A stretch of 64,000 nucleotides of DNA from Oscillospiraceae bacterium (GCA_045545795.1 JAZQBN010000043.1:15001-79000), one strand, 5' to 3'; shown: positions 29,242 to 39,085, counted from the first letter of the stretch. The notes: generated by a model from the sequence alone, not told the origin. Numbers and translations are program-made.

Positions 29242-31500
29242 ATGGATAGATTATCTGAACTTTTATGGTACAAGCAGTCTGCCGCAAACTGGGACGAGGC
29301 TCTCCCCGTAGGCAACGGACGTATCGGCGGTATGATTTTCGGCAGACCTGCCGATGAGCTTATCCAGCTTAACGAGGACTCAATCTGGTCGGGCGGCTTC
29401 CGCAAACGAAACAACTCCAAGGCATTTGACAACCTTGAAAAAATCCGCACCGCAATCCGTGAGGGACGTACAACAGACGCTGAAAACATCTGCTGTGACG
29501 CTTTCTACGGCACAAACGAAAACCAGCGTCACTATCAGCCCTTGGGCGACCTGCACATATGGCAAAGCGGCACGGAAAACTACGCTGATTACAGAAGATA
29601 CCTTGACCTCAGCTACGGCATTTGCAGTACACAGTGGGAGAATGACGGGGTAATCTACAGCCGTGACGTTTTCGTCTCCAAGCCTGACGAGGTTATGGTT
29701 ATTCATTTCACCGCCAGCGAAAAGGGGAAAATCAGCTTCGTTTCCGTAATTGACGGCAAGGACGACGACTACGACAAAAACGAGGCTTACGATGACCATA
29801 CTATTCTTTTTACAATGTCTGACGGCATCCCTTACGCTGCGGCAATTTCCGTCTCCGCAAAGGGCGGCAAGGCTTACACTGACGCAAACAGAATTAAAGT
29901 CGAAAACGCTGACGAGGTAATTATGACCCTTGCGTGTCAGACCTCTTACCGCACAGGAGATTACGAGAAAAAGGCAATCGGACAGGCTAAAACTGCACTG
30001 AGAAAAGATTATTTCAGCAAGCTTCGTCACCGTCACATAGATGATTATTCCAGCTTGTATAATCGTTGTAAAATTATACTTACCGACAATTCTGACGGCA
30101 ACGCTGAACTTCCCACAAACGAAAGATTGCAGAAAATCCGTGACGGAAAAAGCGATAACAAGCTTGTGGAAATGTACTTCAATTTCTCACGCTATCTTAT
30201 GATTGCAGGCTCACGAGAGGGGACTCTCCCGCTGAATTTGCAGGGTATATGGAACAAGGATATGTGGCCTGCCTGGGGCGGCAAGTACACAATCAACATC
30301 AACACAGAGATGAATTACTGGGCGGCTGAAATTCAGAATTTGCCTGAGTGCCACGGCGTACTCTTTGACCATATCGAGCGTATGCGTGAAAACGGACGTG
30401 TTACCGCCCGTGAAATGTATCACTGCGGCGGCTCTGTCTGCCACCACAACACCGATATCTGGGGCGACACCGCACCGCAGGACAAGTGGCTCCCGGGCAC
30501 GCTCTGGCCTATGGGTCTTGCGTGGCTCTGCACCCACATTTACGAGCACTACCTTTTCACAGGCGACAAGGATTTCCTTGCCGAAAAGTACGATACTCTC
30601 CGTGAGGCGGCAGAATTTTTCGTGGACTTCCTCATCGAGGACGACAAGGGCAGACTTGTAACAAGTCCGTCGGTTTCTCCCGAAAATACATACATCACCA
30701 AGGACGGTGCAAAGGGCACAATCTGTCAGGGGCCGTCAATGGACAGCCAAATTCTGCACTTCCTTTTCACAGCAGTTATAGAGTCCTCCGAAATTCTTGA
30801 CGAGGACAGAAACTTTGCGGAAATGCTCCGTCAGCTCCGTGACAAGCTCCCACAGCCCGAAATCGGCAAGTACGGTCAGATTATGGAGTGGGCTGTAGAT
30901 TACGACGAGGCAGAGCCGGGACACAGACACATTTCCCAGCTGTTTGCACTTTACCCATACAACCTCATCACCAAGCGTCACACTCCTGAGCTTGCCGAAG
31001 CGGCAAAGGCAACCCTTATCCGCAGACTTACCCACGGCGGCGGTCACACAGGCTGGTCAAGAGCGTGGATTATCAATATGTGGGCACGTCTCCACGAGGG
31101 CAAGCTTGTGGGCGAAAATATTGCGGCACTTCTTGCTCACTCTACCAACATCAATATGTTTGATATGCACCCGCCTTTCCAGATTGACGGAAACTTCGGC
31201 GGCGGTGCAGGTATCGCAGAAGCGGTTATCCAGAGCCACAGCGGCGAAATCAGCGTGCTTCCTGCAATCCCTGAGGAATGGGACAGCGGCAGGGTACACG
31301 GCATCGTGTGCCGCGGCGGATTTGTCGTTGACTTTGCGTGGGCAGGCGGCAAGGTTACCGAAATGTATGTACATTCCAAGTGCGGCAACAAGTGCAGCAT
31401 CGTCGGCAGCGTGAAGATTGAGGGTGCGGCTTACTACGAAGAAAACGGCGTGACAAGCTTTGCAACAGAAGCAGGAAAGGTTTACGAGGTGAAATTCTGA
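29242..31500 (+). CDS. glycoside hydrolase family 95 (alpha-L-fucosidase-like)
   Basis: 752 aa. N-terminus WYKQSAANWDEALPVGNGRIGGMIFG...EDSIWSGG and LPLNLQGIWN are typical GH95 signatures. Confidence 0.85.
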   Translation: MDRLSELLWYKQSAANWDEALPVGNGRIGGMIFGRPADELIQLNEDSIWSGGFRKRNNSKAFDNLEKIRTAIREGRTTDAENICCDAFYGTNENQRHYQPLGDLHIWQSGTENYADYRRYLDLSYGICSTQWENDGVIYSRDVFVSKPDEVMVIHFTASEKGKISFVSVIDGKDDDYDKNEAYDDHTILFTMSDGIPYAAAISVSAKGGKAYTDANRIKVENADEVIMTLACQTSYRTGDYEKKAIGQAKTALRKDYFSKLRHRHIDDYSSLYNRCKIILTDNSDGNAELPTNERLQKIRDGKSDNKLVEMYFNFSRYLMIAGSREGTLPLNLQGIWNKDMWPAWGGKYTININTEMNYWAAEIQNLPECHGVLFDHIERMRENGRVTAREMYHCGGSVCHHNTDIWGDTAPQDKWLPGTLWPMGLAWLCTHIYEHYLFTGDKDFLAEKYDTLREAAEFFVDFLIEDDKGRLVTSPSVSPENTYITKDGAKGTICQGPSMDSQILHFLFTAVIESSEILDEDRNFAEMLRQLRDKLPQPEIGKYGQIMEWAVDYDEAEPGHRHISQLFALYPYNLITKRHTPELAEAAKATLIRRLTHGGGHTGWSRAWIINMWARLHEGKLVGENIAALLAHSTNINMFDMHPPFQIDGNFGGGAGIAEAVIQSHSGEISVLPAIPEEWDSGRVHGIVCRGGFVVDFAWAGGKVTEMYVHSKCGNKCSIVGSVKIEGAAYYEENGVTSFATEAGKVYEVKF

Positions 31501-31517
31501 TATAAAAATATTAATAA

Positions 31518-31558
31518 AATCAGGGGTATCTCTATTAACGGAGATACCCCTGATTTTG
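31518..31558. terminator. bidirectional terminator between the GH95 gene and the convergent lipoprotein gene
   Basis: AAATCAGGGGTATCTC-tattaacg-GAGATACCCCTGATTT with flanking A/T runs. Confidence 0.8.
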
Positions 31559-31559
31559 C

Positions 31560-32318
31560 TTATTCTATTATAATAGCCTGCTTGAACATATCATTGTAAC
31601 GCTGTTCAAACAAATCCCTGCTGTAGGTTTTGATTTTTCCTTCACGAGGCTCATATGCTTCTATTGTTTTTTCATCATAACCTGTGATAACATAACAGTG
31701 GGAATAATTTGAATATTCAAATGTTCCGTCAGAAGCATAAGCAGTTTCAAATTTAGGTTCTATCAATTCTGCTGTTGCCCAAACCATAACAGGAACATCA
31801 TTGCTTACATATTCTGTAAGCAAATAGTCAAGACTGTTATCGAGACTTAATGTCACGGTTTTGTCAGGTTTTTTATCAACCCACACACCCTGCAATGCGA
31901 TTTCAATAACAGGTGCATAACAGCTCGCTCCTGTAGTATCCCACGTTTGCCATAAAACATCTTTTGCAGGTGTATTTACGGAAGCAGTCGGAACATACTC
32001 AAAGAATTTTGATGGTGTAATGTCAATTCCGTGATGATTAAGCAAGGCACATATTGAAGGAAGTTCACCACCTTTGATGTTGTATTCATCATAATGAATT
32101 TCCTCAAAATCAATATGTACTCCTGTTTCGGCTTCAGTGGTTGCAGCTACAGTAGTTGTGGTGGTAATTTCCATTTCGGTAACCGAAGAAACAGTGTCCT
32201 CAGATGTAACTGATACTGTCGAAGTTTCAGACGATAATACATCAGATTGCTTTTCTGCACAGCCTGTCAAGCAAAAAGTCGTCAGTAATGTCATTAAAAC
32301 AATTATTTTGCTTTTCAT
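31560..32318 (-). CDS. lipoprotein with papain-fold (peptidase C39-like) domain
   Basis: Lipobox LTGCAEK, then a Thr/Ser-rich linker. Candidate catalytic Cys in PSICALLNHHG and His in YSHCYVITGYDE. Confidence 0.55.
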   Translation of the reverse strand: MKSKIIVLMTLLTTFCLTGCAEKQSDVLSSETSTVSVTSEDTVSSVTEMEITTTTTVAATTEAETGVHIDFEEIHYDEYNIKGGELPSICALLNHHGIDITPSKFFEYVPTASVNTPAKDVLWQTWDTTGASCYAPVIEIALQGVWVDKKPDKTVTLSLDNSLDYLLTEYVSNDVPVMVWATAELIEPKFETAYASDGTFEYSNYSHCYVITGYDEKTIEAYEPREGKIKTYSRDLFEQRYNDMFKQAIIIE

Positions 32319-32449
32319 TTTTCATACCTCTTTTGTTTTAAATACATAATTTGTTGTATTTATCTTTGATTATACAACAAACATATTAATATTTCAATGT
32401 ATCTACTTGATTTGTGGTATAATTTTGTAATAAAATACAACAACCAGAG

Positions 32450-32791
32450 GTGAATTGTGTGCAACATTACAACAGAATTCGTGATTTAAGAGAGGATAAG
32501 GACTTAACTCAGGAACAGCTGATTAAATTGCTTGGTATGCATAAAACAACATACACTAATTACGAACAAGGAAAACACAGTGTTCCATTGGATTTTGCCG
32601 TAGAACTTGCACAATTTTACAAAGTCAGTCTTGATTATATTGCAGGACTTACAAACGAAAAAGACGGATTAACCAAAAGTTCCCTCGACAGCACAGAAAC
32701 AGAGGTTGTGTATAAATTGAGAAAATTAAATGATATTGACAAAGGGCGTATCCTTGGAATGATGGACGCATTGATTGAAAAAGGAAAATAA
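32450..32791 (+). CDS. XRE-family helix-turn-helix transcriptional regulator
   Basis: IRDLREDKDLTQEQLIKLLGMHKTTYTNYEQGKHSVPLDFAVELAQFYKVSLDYIAGL. The true start may be the in-frame GTG at 32459, 9 nt after GAGG. Confidence 0.85.
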   Translation: MNCVQHYNRIRDLREDKDLTQEQLIKLLGMHKTTYTNYEQGKHSVPLDFAVELAQFYKVSLDYIAGLTNEKDGLTKSSLDSTETEVVYKLRKLNDIDKGRILGMMDALIEKGK

Positions 32792-32812
32792 TATAAAGCG
32801 AGGTGAAATTCA

Positions 32813-33004
32813 ATGACTAAAAAAAGATTTGAAAAAGTTTATACACAAGGCTCAATAGATGTTATGGAAATATGGATTGATACCGAAACAGGGGTGAATT
32901 ACCTTTACCGCCAGTCAGGCTATTCGGGAGGGCTTACTCCTCTGCTTGACAAGGACGGCAAGCCTGTTGTAACATTCAAAGACGGATTTGAAACGGAGAA
33001 ATAA
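32813..33004 (+). CDS. small conserved protein (DUF6440-like by recollection)
   Basis: 63 aa. ...ETGVNYLYRQSGYSGGLTPLLDKDGKPV... matches my memory of a family that often follows XRE genes in Clostridia. RBS GAGGTG. Confidence 0.55.
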   Translation: MTKKRFEKVYTQGSIDVMEIWIDTETGVNYLYRQSGYSGGLTPLLDKDGKPVVTFKDGFETEK

Positions 33005-33015
33005 TCACATACTCA

Positions 33016-33052
33016 GGGGCGGAAGCAATGTGCTTTTTCCGCCCCGTTTTTT
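33016..33052 (+). terminator. rho-independent terminator
   Basis: GGGGCGGAA-loop-TTCCGCCCC followed by GTTTTTT. Confidence 0.8.
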
Positions 33053-33140
33053 ATAAATTATTATTCAGGTGTAACCATACGGCTTTTTAATTTGTCTTAT
33101 ATACAGAAACGTTTCACGGTACCGAATACAAAACAAAGGA

Positions 33141-33608
33141 ATGATAAAAATAGACAAAACACTTTTTACGCAGTACGTTGCAAAATTTCAGCCTACGGTA
33201 TTTCGTCTTGCATACAGCTATGTCAAAAACCGCACAGATGCGGAGGACATAACCCAAGAGGTTTTTCTCAGGCTTTACAACAGCTCGGAAAGCTTTTCTG
33301 CTGACGAAAATGCAAAGGCGTGGCTTATCTGTGTAACCGCAAATACCGCAAAAAATCATCTTGCGTCAGCGTGGATAAAACGCAAAATCGCCCTCACTGA
33401 GGATATACCCTTGAAAAGCGAAAAGGACTATGAACTGCTGGACGTGCTCAACAGACTTAATGTCAACTACCGCACGGTAATTTATCTTCATTATTATGAG
33501 GGCTACAGCGTGGCGGAGATTGCCGAAATGCTGAAAATTTCCGAAAGCAACGTAAAGGCACGTCTGAAGCGTGGACGTGACAAGCTGAAATCCATACTGG
33601 AGAAATGA
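33141..33608 (+). CDS. ECF-type RNA polymerase sigma factor
   Basis: 155 aa. Region 2 AEDITQEVFLRLY and region 4 YEGYSVAEIAEMLKISESNVKARLKRGRDKL. Confidence 0.88.
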   Translation: MIKIDKTLFTQYVAKFQPTVFRLAYSYVKNRTDAEDITQEVFLRLYNSSESFSADENAKAWLICVTANTAKNHLASAWIKRKIALTEDIPLKSEKDYELLDVLNRLNVNYRTVIYLHYYEGYSVAEIAEMLKISESNVKARLKRGRDKLKSILEK

Positions 33609-33621
33609 GAAAGGACAAGTT

Positions 33622-34632
33622 ATGAAAAGATTGAATGATTTATACGAACAGATTACACCCGAAACCTCTCCCGAGGAGCTTGCACAAAAGATTATCGGCA
33701 CGGAAACAAAGCCCGTACTGAAAAAGCGTCACTCAAAGGCTATGACGGCAATTCTTGCGGCGGCTGTTTCGGTATCGGTGCTGACGGTTTCTGTCGGTGC
33801 GGCAAACAACTGGGATTACGCAGGAATATTCCAAAGCATTTTCGGTGAAAAGAGCGAGAATATTACCGAAAATATTGTCCCCGAAGCAACCATTTCCGAG
33901 GACACAATTGACACTATGAACTTTGAACTTATGGCTGCGGCGGCGGATAAGCACAGCGTACTTGCAATTATTGACATTTACCCCGAAAACGGTTATGAGC
34001 TTCTTGAAGAGGTCGACGGATTGACTTATATAAAGCCTTTGTACGAACTGTATTTCGATATTAACTTTGAAAGCATAGCAGGTTCAGGCGTAGGTGTAAG
34101 CGTGCTTGAAACCAGCGAGGAAAAGCTGCGTCTTGGTATCAGAATGACAACAAATGCAATTATCAAGGATGAAAAGATTACAGTTGGCGTAATACAGATG
34201 GACAAGACTGAGAAAAACGATAGGTATCTGCTTGATATGAACAAGGAACACTGTTGGTCGGCAGAATTTGCGGCAAACTATTCGGGCGAGGAAATCCACT
34301 ACCCGAAAACTGCCGAGCTGGTTGGCATTGACCCCGAAGGAAATACTGTATATTCAACCCTGAAAAGCATTGAAGTTACACCGATTTCCGCTTATCTTGA
34401 AATTGACGGCTTCGACACCTTCTGGGGCAGGGAGGAGCCCTATGCTGTGCTTGAAAACGGCGAAAAGGTGAGAATTACTTCCACTACATCCATAACCGAT
34501 ATGGAGTCATTTACCTATGAACCTGACAGCAAACCGGGCTCAACCTTCTTTGCTTTAGGCTTTGCAGAACCTGTAAACCCTGACGAAGTATGCACGCTTT
34601 TTGTCGGCGGTCAGACTGTTGAAATCAAGTAA
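33622..34632 (+). CDS. putative anti-sigma factor / membrane-anchored extracytoplasmic protein
   Basis: 336 aa. Short cytoplasmic N-terminus, one TM (AMTAILAAAVSVSVLTVSV) and a large extracellular domain. Immediately follows the ECF sigma gene. Confidence 0.55.
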   Translation: MKRLNDLYEQITPETSPEELAQKIIGTETKPVLKKRHSKAMTAILAAAVSVSVLTVSVGAANNWDYAGIFQSIFGEKSENITENIVPEATISEDTIDTMNFELMAAAADKHSVLAIIDIYPENGYELLEEVDGLTYIKPLYELYFDINFESIAGSGVGVSVLETSEEKLRLGIRMTTNAIIKDEKITVGVIQMDKTEKNDRYLLDMNKEHCWSAEFAANYSGEEIHYPKTAELVGIDPEGNTVYSTLKSIEVTPISAYLEIDGFDTFWGREEPYAVLENGEKVRITSTTSITDMESFTYEPDSKPGSTFFALGFAEPVNPDEVCTLFVGGQTVEIK

Positions 34633-34635
34633 AAC

Positions 34636-34672
34636 AAATCCGCTTCCAAGCAAACTGGAAGCGGATTTTCTG
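34636..34672 (+). terminator. rho-independent terminator
   Basis: AATCCGCTTCCA-agcaaac-TGGAAGCGGATT followed by TTC. Confidence 0.7.
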
Positions 34673-34890
34673 TGTACTGCACCACTCAGCGGACGACCTT
34701 TTTCTGAAAATAAAATCAAATTTCAGCACGGTATCTGCGAATACGTTTACAATTCTAAACATTTTGTGACTTATACATTTAAGTAGAAAATTAGCTGTTG
34801 CTTTTTTCCTGTTTATAAGTTATAATGTAAACAATGTGAGTCCCGAAGGCTCAGAGAAAAATTTATAACAAAGAAAGGTTGGTATCTGAT

Positions 34891-35928
34891 ATGAAGACTA
34901 AAATCATCAACGGTACATCACTTCCTAATATTCCTTGGCAGGACAAGCCTGAGGGATGCAAAGACATCGTTTGGCGTTACAGCGCTAACCCAATTATCAA
35001 GCGTGACCACATTATGGTTAAGAAGGCTAACGGCTACAGAGAGCCTTCCAACTCTATCTTCAACAGCTCAGTAGTTCCTTTTGAAAAGGGCGACTACAAG
35101 TTCGCAGGCGTTTTCCGTGTTGATGACAGAGAAAGAAATATGGAAATCCACGTTGGTTTCTCCAAGGACGGTATCAACTGGGATATCAACGAAGAAAGAA
35201 TTCACTTCAATACTGAAGGTCTTGACCCTGAGGTTGCTCAGTGGCAGTACGGCTACGACCCACGTGTTTGCAAGATGGAAGGCGAAGACAAGTACATCGT
35301 TACCTGGTGTAACGCTTACGGCTGGAAGCCAACTATCGGTATTGCTACAACAACAGACTTCGAAACATTCACACAGCTTGAGAACTCCTACCTCCCATTC
35401 AACAGAAACGGCGTAATGTTCCCAAGAAAGATTAATGATATGTATATGATGATGAGCCGTCCTTCCGACAGCGGTCACACACCATTCGGCGATATGTTCA
35501 TCAGCCAGTCTCCTGACCTCACATTCTGGGGCAAGCACAGACACGTTATGGGTCCTTCAAAGGGCTGGGAGTCCACAAAGATGGGTGCAGGTCCAATTCC
35601 GATTGAAACAGACCGCGGCTGGCTCATTTTCTACCACGGCGTACTTACTTCCTGCAACGGTTATGTTTACAGCTTCTCCGCTGCTCTCCTTGATAAGGAC
35701 CAGCCTTGGAAGGTTCTCAAGAGAGGTGCTTCCTACCTCCTCAGCCCACAGGAATACTACGAACTCGTTGGTGATACAGACGCAGTAACATTCCCATGTG
35801 CTAACCTCGTTGACGCTGACACAGGCAGAATTTGTATCTACTACGGCTGCGCTGATACCTGCACAGCTCTCGCATTTACAACTGTTGACGACGTTATGGA
35901 CTTCCTCGATAACAACTCTCAGGTATAA
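34891..35928 (+). CDS. glycoside hydrolase family 130 (beta-mannoside phosphorylase-like)
   Basis: NSSVVPF...FAGVFRVDD, MFPRKINDMYMMMSRPSD and GAGPIPIETDRGWLIFYHGV are typical of GH130 five-bladed propellers. Confidence 0.8.
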   Translation: MKTKIINGTSLPNIPWQDKPEGCKDIVWRYSANPIIKRDHIMVKKANGYREPSNSIFNSSVVPFEKGDYKFAGVFRVDDRERNMEIHVGFSKDGINWDINEERIHFNTEGLDPEVAQWQYGYDPRVCKMEGEDKYIVTWCNAYGWKPTIGIATTTDFETFTQLENSYLPFNRNGVMFPRKINDMYMMMSRPSDSGHTPFGDMFISQSPDLTFWGKHRHVMGPSKGWESTKMGAGPIPIETDRGWLIFYHGVLTSCNGYVYSFSAALLDKDQPWKVLKRGASYLLSPQEYYELVGDTDAVTFPCANLVDADTGRICIYYGCADTCTALAFTTVDDVMDFLDNNSQV

Positions 35929-35930
35929 AA

Positions 35931-35948
35931 ACGAACGCAAGCGTTCGT
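35931..35948 (+). terminator. hairpin ACGAACGC-aa-GCGTTCGT directly after the GH130 gene
   Basis: Same 18-nt palindrome as at 27201-27218, with a shorter variant at 42910-42923. Confidence 0.5.
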
Positions 35949-36080
35949 CTCCAAGTTTTTCCGCGTTGCGTAAAAACTTTTAAAAACGAACTTAGGCAGT
36001 TGTCTTACAGCTGAAAAGAGTAAAATTAAGGGTACGGAAAATTCCGTACCCTTAATTTTGTCGAAAAAACTTTTCGACAA

Positions 36081-36202
36081 TGAATAGCGAATATTGAATA
36101 ATGAAGAATGAATAATTAAGGAATTGCCTTCGGCAATGATATTAAAAATGTCCGCAAAGCGGACACCTTAACTATTCACTATTCATTATTCTTTATTCAT
36201 TT
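36081..36202. repeat. full copy of the composite palindromic repeat (A/T-rich GAATAATGAA arms flanking two GC mini-hairpins)
   Basis: Left arm 36081-36121. Hairpins ATTGCC-ttc-GGCAAT and GTCCGC-aaa-GCGGAC. Right arm 36165-36202 is an imperfect reverse complement of the left arm. Confidence 0.75.
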
Positions 36203-36304
36203 TTCAAGGGTACGGAAAATTCCGTGCCCTTTTTTATGTGCAAAATTTGTGCAGACAAAAAGAAACCCCTGTCCCAAAGCGGAACAGGGGTAATATTAAC
36301 TAAA

Positions 36305-37447
36305 TCAGTTAACGAGTGTCTTTTCAGTTTCCTTATCAAAGATGTGAACCTTGTTAGGATCGATAGCAACCTTGATAGTATCCTGTGGACGAGCTGTAGA
36401 ACGTGGGTCAACACGAGCTGTGAGGGAGATACCTTCGCAGTTGAGGTAGAGGAATGTTTCAGCACCCATCATTTCAGTGATTTCAACGTTAGCGTCGATA
36501 ACACCTGTCTTAGCTGCGGAGAGGAACATTTCTTCGTCGTGAATGTTTTCAGGACGGATACCCATAATGATTTCCTTGTCTACATAGTTTTCGAGAGCAA
36601 GCTCGTCAACCTTGGACTCAGGAAGTTCAACATAGTACTTCTTGCCACGGGATGTCTTAGTATCTTCAGAACCGAATTCGATTGTGTACTTATCTTCAAT
36701 CTTTCTGAGAACTGCGTCAACAAAGTTCATCTGAGGTGAACCCATAAAGCCTGCAACGAACTGGTTAACAGGGTTTGTATAGAGGTTCTGTGGGGAGTCA
36801 ACCTGCTGAATGAAGCCGTCCTTCATAACTACGATACGGTCACCCATTGTCATAGCTTCAGTCTGGTCGTGAGTTACATAGATGAATGTTGTACCGAGCT
36901 TCTGGTGGAGCTTGGAAATCTCTGTTCTCATCTGAGCACGGAGCTTAGCATCGAGGTTGGAAAGTGGTTCGTCGAGGAGGAATACCTGTGGCTCACGAAC
37001 GATAGCACGACCGAGAGCAACACGCTGTCTCTGACCACCGGAGAGAGCCTTTGGCTTTCTGCTGAGGAGGTGAGAGATATCAAGAATTCTTGCAGCTTCT
37101 TCTACCTTACGGTTGATTTCGTCCTTAGGAACCTTACGGAGCTTAAGACCGAAAGCCATATTATCATATACAGTCATATGTGGGTACAGAGCGTAGTTCT
37201 GGAATACCATCGCAATATCTCTGTCCTTAGGAGCAACGTCATTAACGAGACGGTCGCCGATATAGAGTTCGCCTTCGGAAATTTCTTCAAGACCTGCAAT
37301 CATACGGAGAGTAGTGGACTTACCACAACCGGATGGACCTACAAGGATGATGAATTCCTTATCGCGGATTTCAAGGTTAACGTCGGAAACGGCAACAACG
37401 CCGCCTGGGTATTTCTTATAAATGGATCTGAGTGATAAACTAGCCAT
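36305..37447 (-). CDS. sugar ABC transporter ATP-binding protein (MsmX/MsmK/UgpC-like, stand-alone)
   Basis: [16 protein letters not shown]..., GPSGCGKST Walker [15 protein letters not shown] signature, [11 protein letters not shown] Walker B. No permease gene is adjacent. Confidence 0.9.
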   Translation of the reverse strand: MASLSLRSIYKKYPGGVVAVSDVNLEIRDKEFIILVGPSGCGKSTTLRMIAGLEEISEGELYIGDRLVNDVAPKDRDIAMVFQNYALYPHMTVYDNMAFGLKLRKVPKDEINRKVEEAARILDISHLLSRKPKALSGGQRQRVALGRAIVREPQVFLLDEPLSNLDAKLRAQMRTEISKLHQKLGTTFIYVTHDQTEAMTMGDRIVVMKDGFIQQVDSPQNLYTNPVNQFVAGFMGSPQMNFVDAVLRKIEDKYTIEFGSEDTKTSRGKKYYVELPESKVDELALENYVDKEIIMGIRPENIHDEEMFLSAAKTGVIDANVEITEMMGAETFLYLNCEGISLTARVDPRSTARPQDTIKVAIDPNKVHIFDKETEKTLVN

Positions 37448-37613
37448 TCTGAACGGACCTCCCAAAAAAATTAGTCTTGCCAAACTCATTACTTCTTTGG
37501 CTATGATAATATAATACCAAATTTCTGCATCAAATTTCAAGTTGCTTATTAACTAAACTTATAAAGATTTGTTTATTAAGTTTGACGAAAAAAAGACAAA
37601 CGAAAAAAATTCA

Positions 37614-38342
37614 TTATTTTTTTGCATAAATTTTTTCCATTTCATTGTGCATTATTTCACGACACTCACCAACCGCCAATTTTTCGTCCAGCGGCAGTCC
37701 GCCTATCTGCACACGTTTAAGATAGGTAACCTTATTGCCCACAGCCTCAGCCATACGCTTCACCTGATGGAACATTCCCTCCCTCAGGGTGATAAAAACC
37801 TCATTGGGATTGTCTGTAATTTCCAGCACCGCAGGCATACATACATCACCGCCGTCTATTTCCATACCGCCTGCAAATGCTTCAACGTCGCTTTCCTTGG
37901 CAGGCTTTTCAAGCACGGCGAAATATTTCTTGTCAACGTGCTTTTTGGGGGAGAGGATTTCGTGTGCAAAAACACCGTCATCCGTAATAAGAGCAAACCC
38001 CTCCGTGTCCTTGTCAAGACGTCCCGCAGGGAAAAGTCCCTGTCTGCGTAATTCAGGCGGAATAAGCTCCAGCACCGTTTCCGTGAGCCTGTCCTTTGTG
38101 GCACAGATTACTCCCGCAGGCTTGTTGAGCATAATATAAATGTGCTTTCTGTAAGTAACCTCTTTTCCCTCAGAAGCAACCGTGTCCCTCTCAGGGTCAA
38201 TCTTCATATCGAACAGCTTTGCAGCCTGCCCGTTGACCGTCACAAGACGCTTCTTGATAAGCTCCTTTGCATCATTGCGTGAAATATTCAGCTGGTTGGA
38301 CAGAAACCTGTCAAGGCGGAAAGCCTCTCTGTTTTTAGGCAT
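37614..38342 (-). CDS. rRNA pseudouridine synthase (RsuA/RluB family, S4 domain + catalytic domain)
   Basis: RLDRFLSNQLNISRNDAKELIKKRLVTVNG (S4 domain) and PAGRLDKDTEGFALITDDG (catalytic Asp motif). Confidence 0.88.
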   Translation of the reverse strand: MPKNREAFRLDRFLSNQLNISRNDAKELIKKRLVTVNGQAAKLFDMKIDPERDTVASEGKEVTYRKHIYIMLNKPAGVICATKDRLTETVLELIPPELRRQGLFPAGRLDKDTEGFALITDDGVFAHEILSPKKHVDKKYFAVLEKPAKESDVEAFAGGMEIDGGDVCMPAVLEITDNPNEVFITLREGMFHQVKRMAEAVGNKVTYLKRVQIGGLPLDEKLAVGECREIMHNEMEKIYAKK

Positions 38343-38343
38343 A

Positions 38344-38775
38344 TCAAATTCCTTTCGTATCAGAGTTTGTAACCATAAGATATCTTATGTACGAGCCAAG
38401 CGGCGTATAATTTTCCGAGCCCTTCGAATTGCTGATAAAGGTCTGTATCGAACGTATCGGACCCCACGGAAAGCCCCACCAGCCGCCAAGAGCTGTAATT
38501 ATCGTGCAGCAAATCGCAGGTGATGCATCATCAACACTGTAAAATGCCGTTTTTCTTGTCATTGTGAGCACCAGCATTGAAACACACATCTGATATGAAG
38601 CAACAACATTGCTTCCCTTGAACATCTTCCCCCTGAATTCACACTCCTCATCATTCAGCAGCTTCTCCGCATTTTCAAGACAGAAGCGTTCGAAAGCTTT
38701 CTTTCTGCTTTCCTGCATAATCAGGTAAACCACATACCATATCCACGAACCGAATATCAACACTAAAAAAAGCAT
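38344..38775 (-). CDS. hypothetical membrane protein
   Basis: Start chosen at the internal MLFLVLIFGSWIWYVVYL. Two or more hydrophobic segments. The stop abuts the pseudouridine synthase start. RBS is weak. Confidence 0.4.
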   Translation of the reverse strand: MLFLVLIFGSWIWYVVYLIMQESRKKAFERFCLENAEKLLNDEECEFRGKMFKGSNVVASYQMCVSMLVLTMTRKTAFYSVDDASPAICCTIITALGGWWGFPWGPIRSIQTFISNSKGSENYTPLGSYIRYLMVTNSDTKGI

Positions 38776-38833
38776 ATTACTACCCCACAAATAATAACGG
38801 GCACCTTTACGGGTACCCGTCAAAGAATTATTC

Positions 38834-39085
38834 TCAGAAATCCTCGCCCTTAGCCTCGTCAATTTCAACAAGGTCGTCAGCATCAAGGCTGTCGAGTTCA
38901 GCAAGGTCGCTCTCATCAATTGAGCACTCCTCACAGTCGCACTCATCGAAATAAAGCTCGTCCTCATCATCGAAATCGTAGTCGAACTGTTCGATTTCCT
39001 CACGCTTTTTCATAGCGTACATAGCAGCAGCCGCACCGGCAGCAGCGGAAGTTACAGCAAGAAGAATAGCACCAAAAGCCTTCAT
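38834..39085 (-). CDS. small membrane-anchored, extremely acidic protein
   Basis: MKAFGAILLAVTSAAAGAAAAMYAM followed by a D/E-rich tail with a CDCEEC motif. AAGGAG RBS. Confidence 0.55.
   Translation of the reverse strand: MKAFGAILLAVTSAAAGAAAAMYAMKKREEIEQFDYDFDDEDELYFDECDCEECSIDESDLAELDSLDADDLVEIDEAKGEDF

Noticed and set aside
38776-39003. N-terminal 76 aa of the 219-aa track ORF (38344-39003).
   Set aside because: This part overlaps the oppositely framed acidic-protein gene (38834-39085) and is Ser/Thr/Leu/Arg low-complexity. The credible membrane protein starts at the internal Met (38775).
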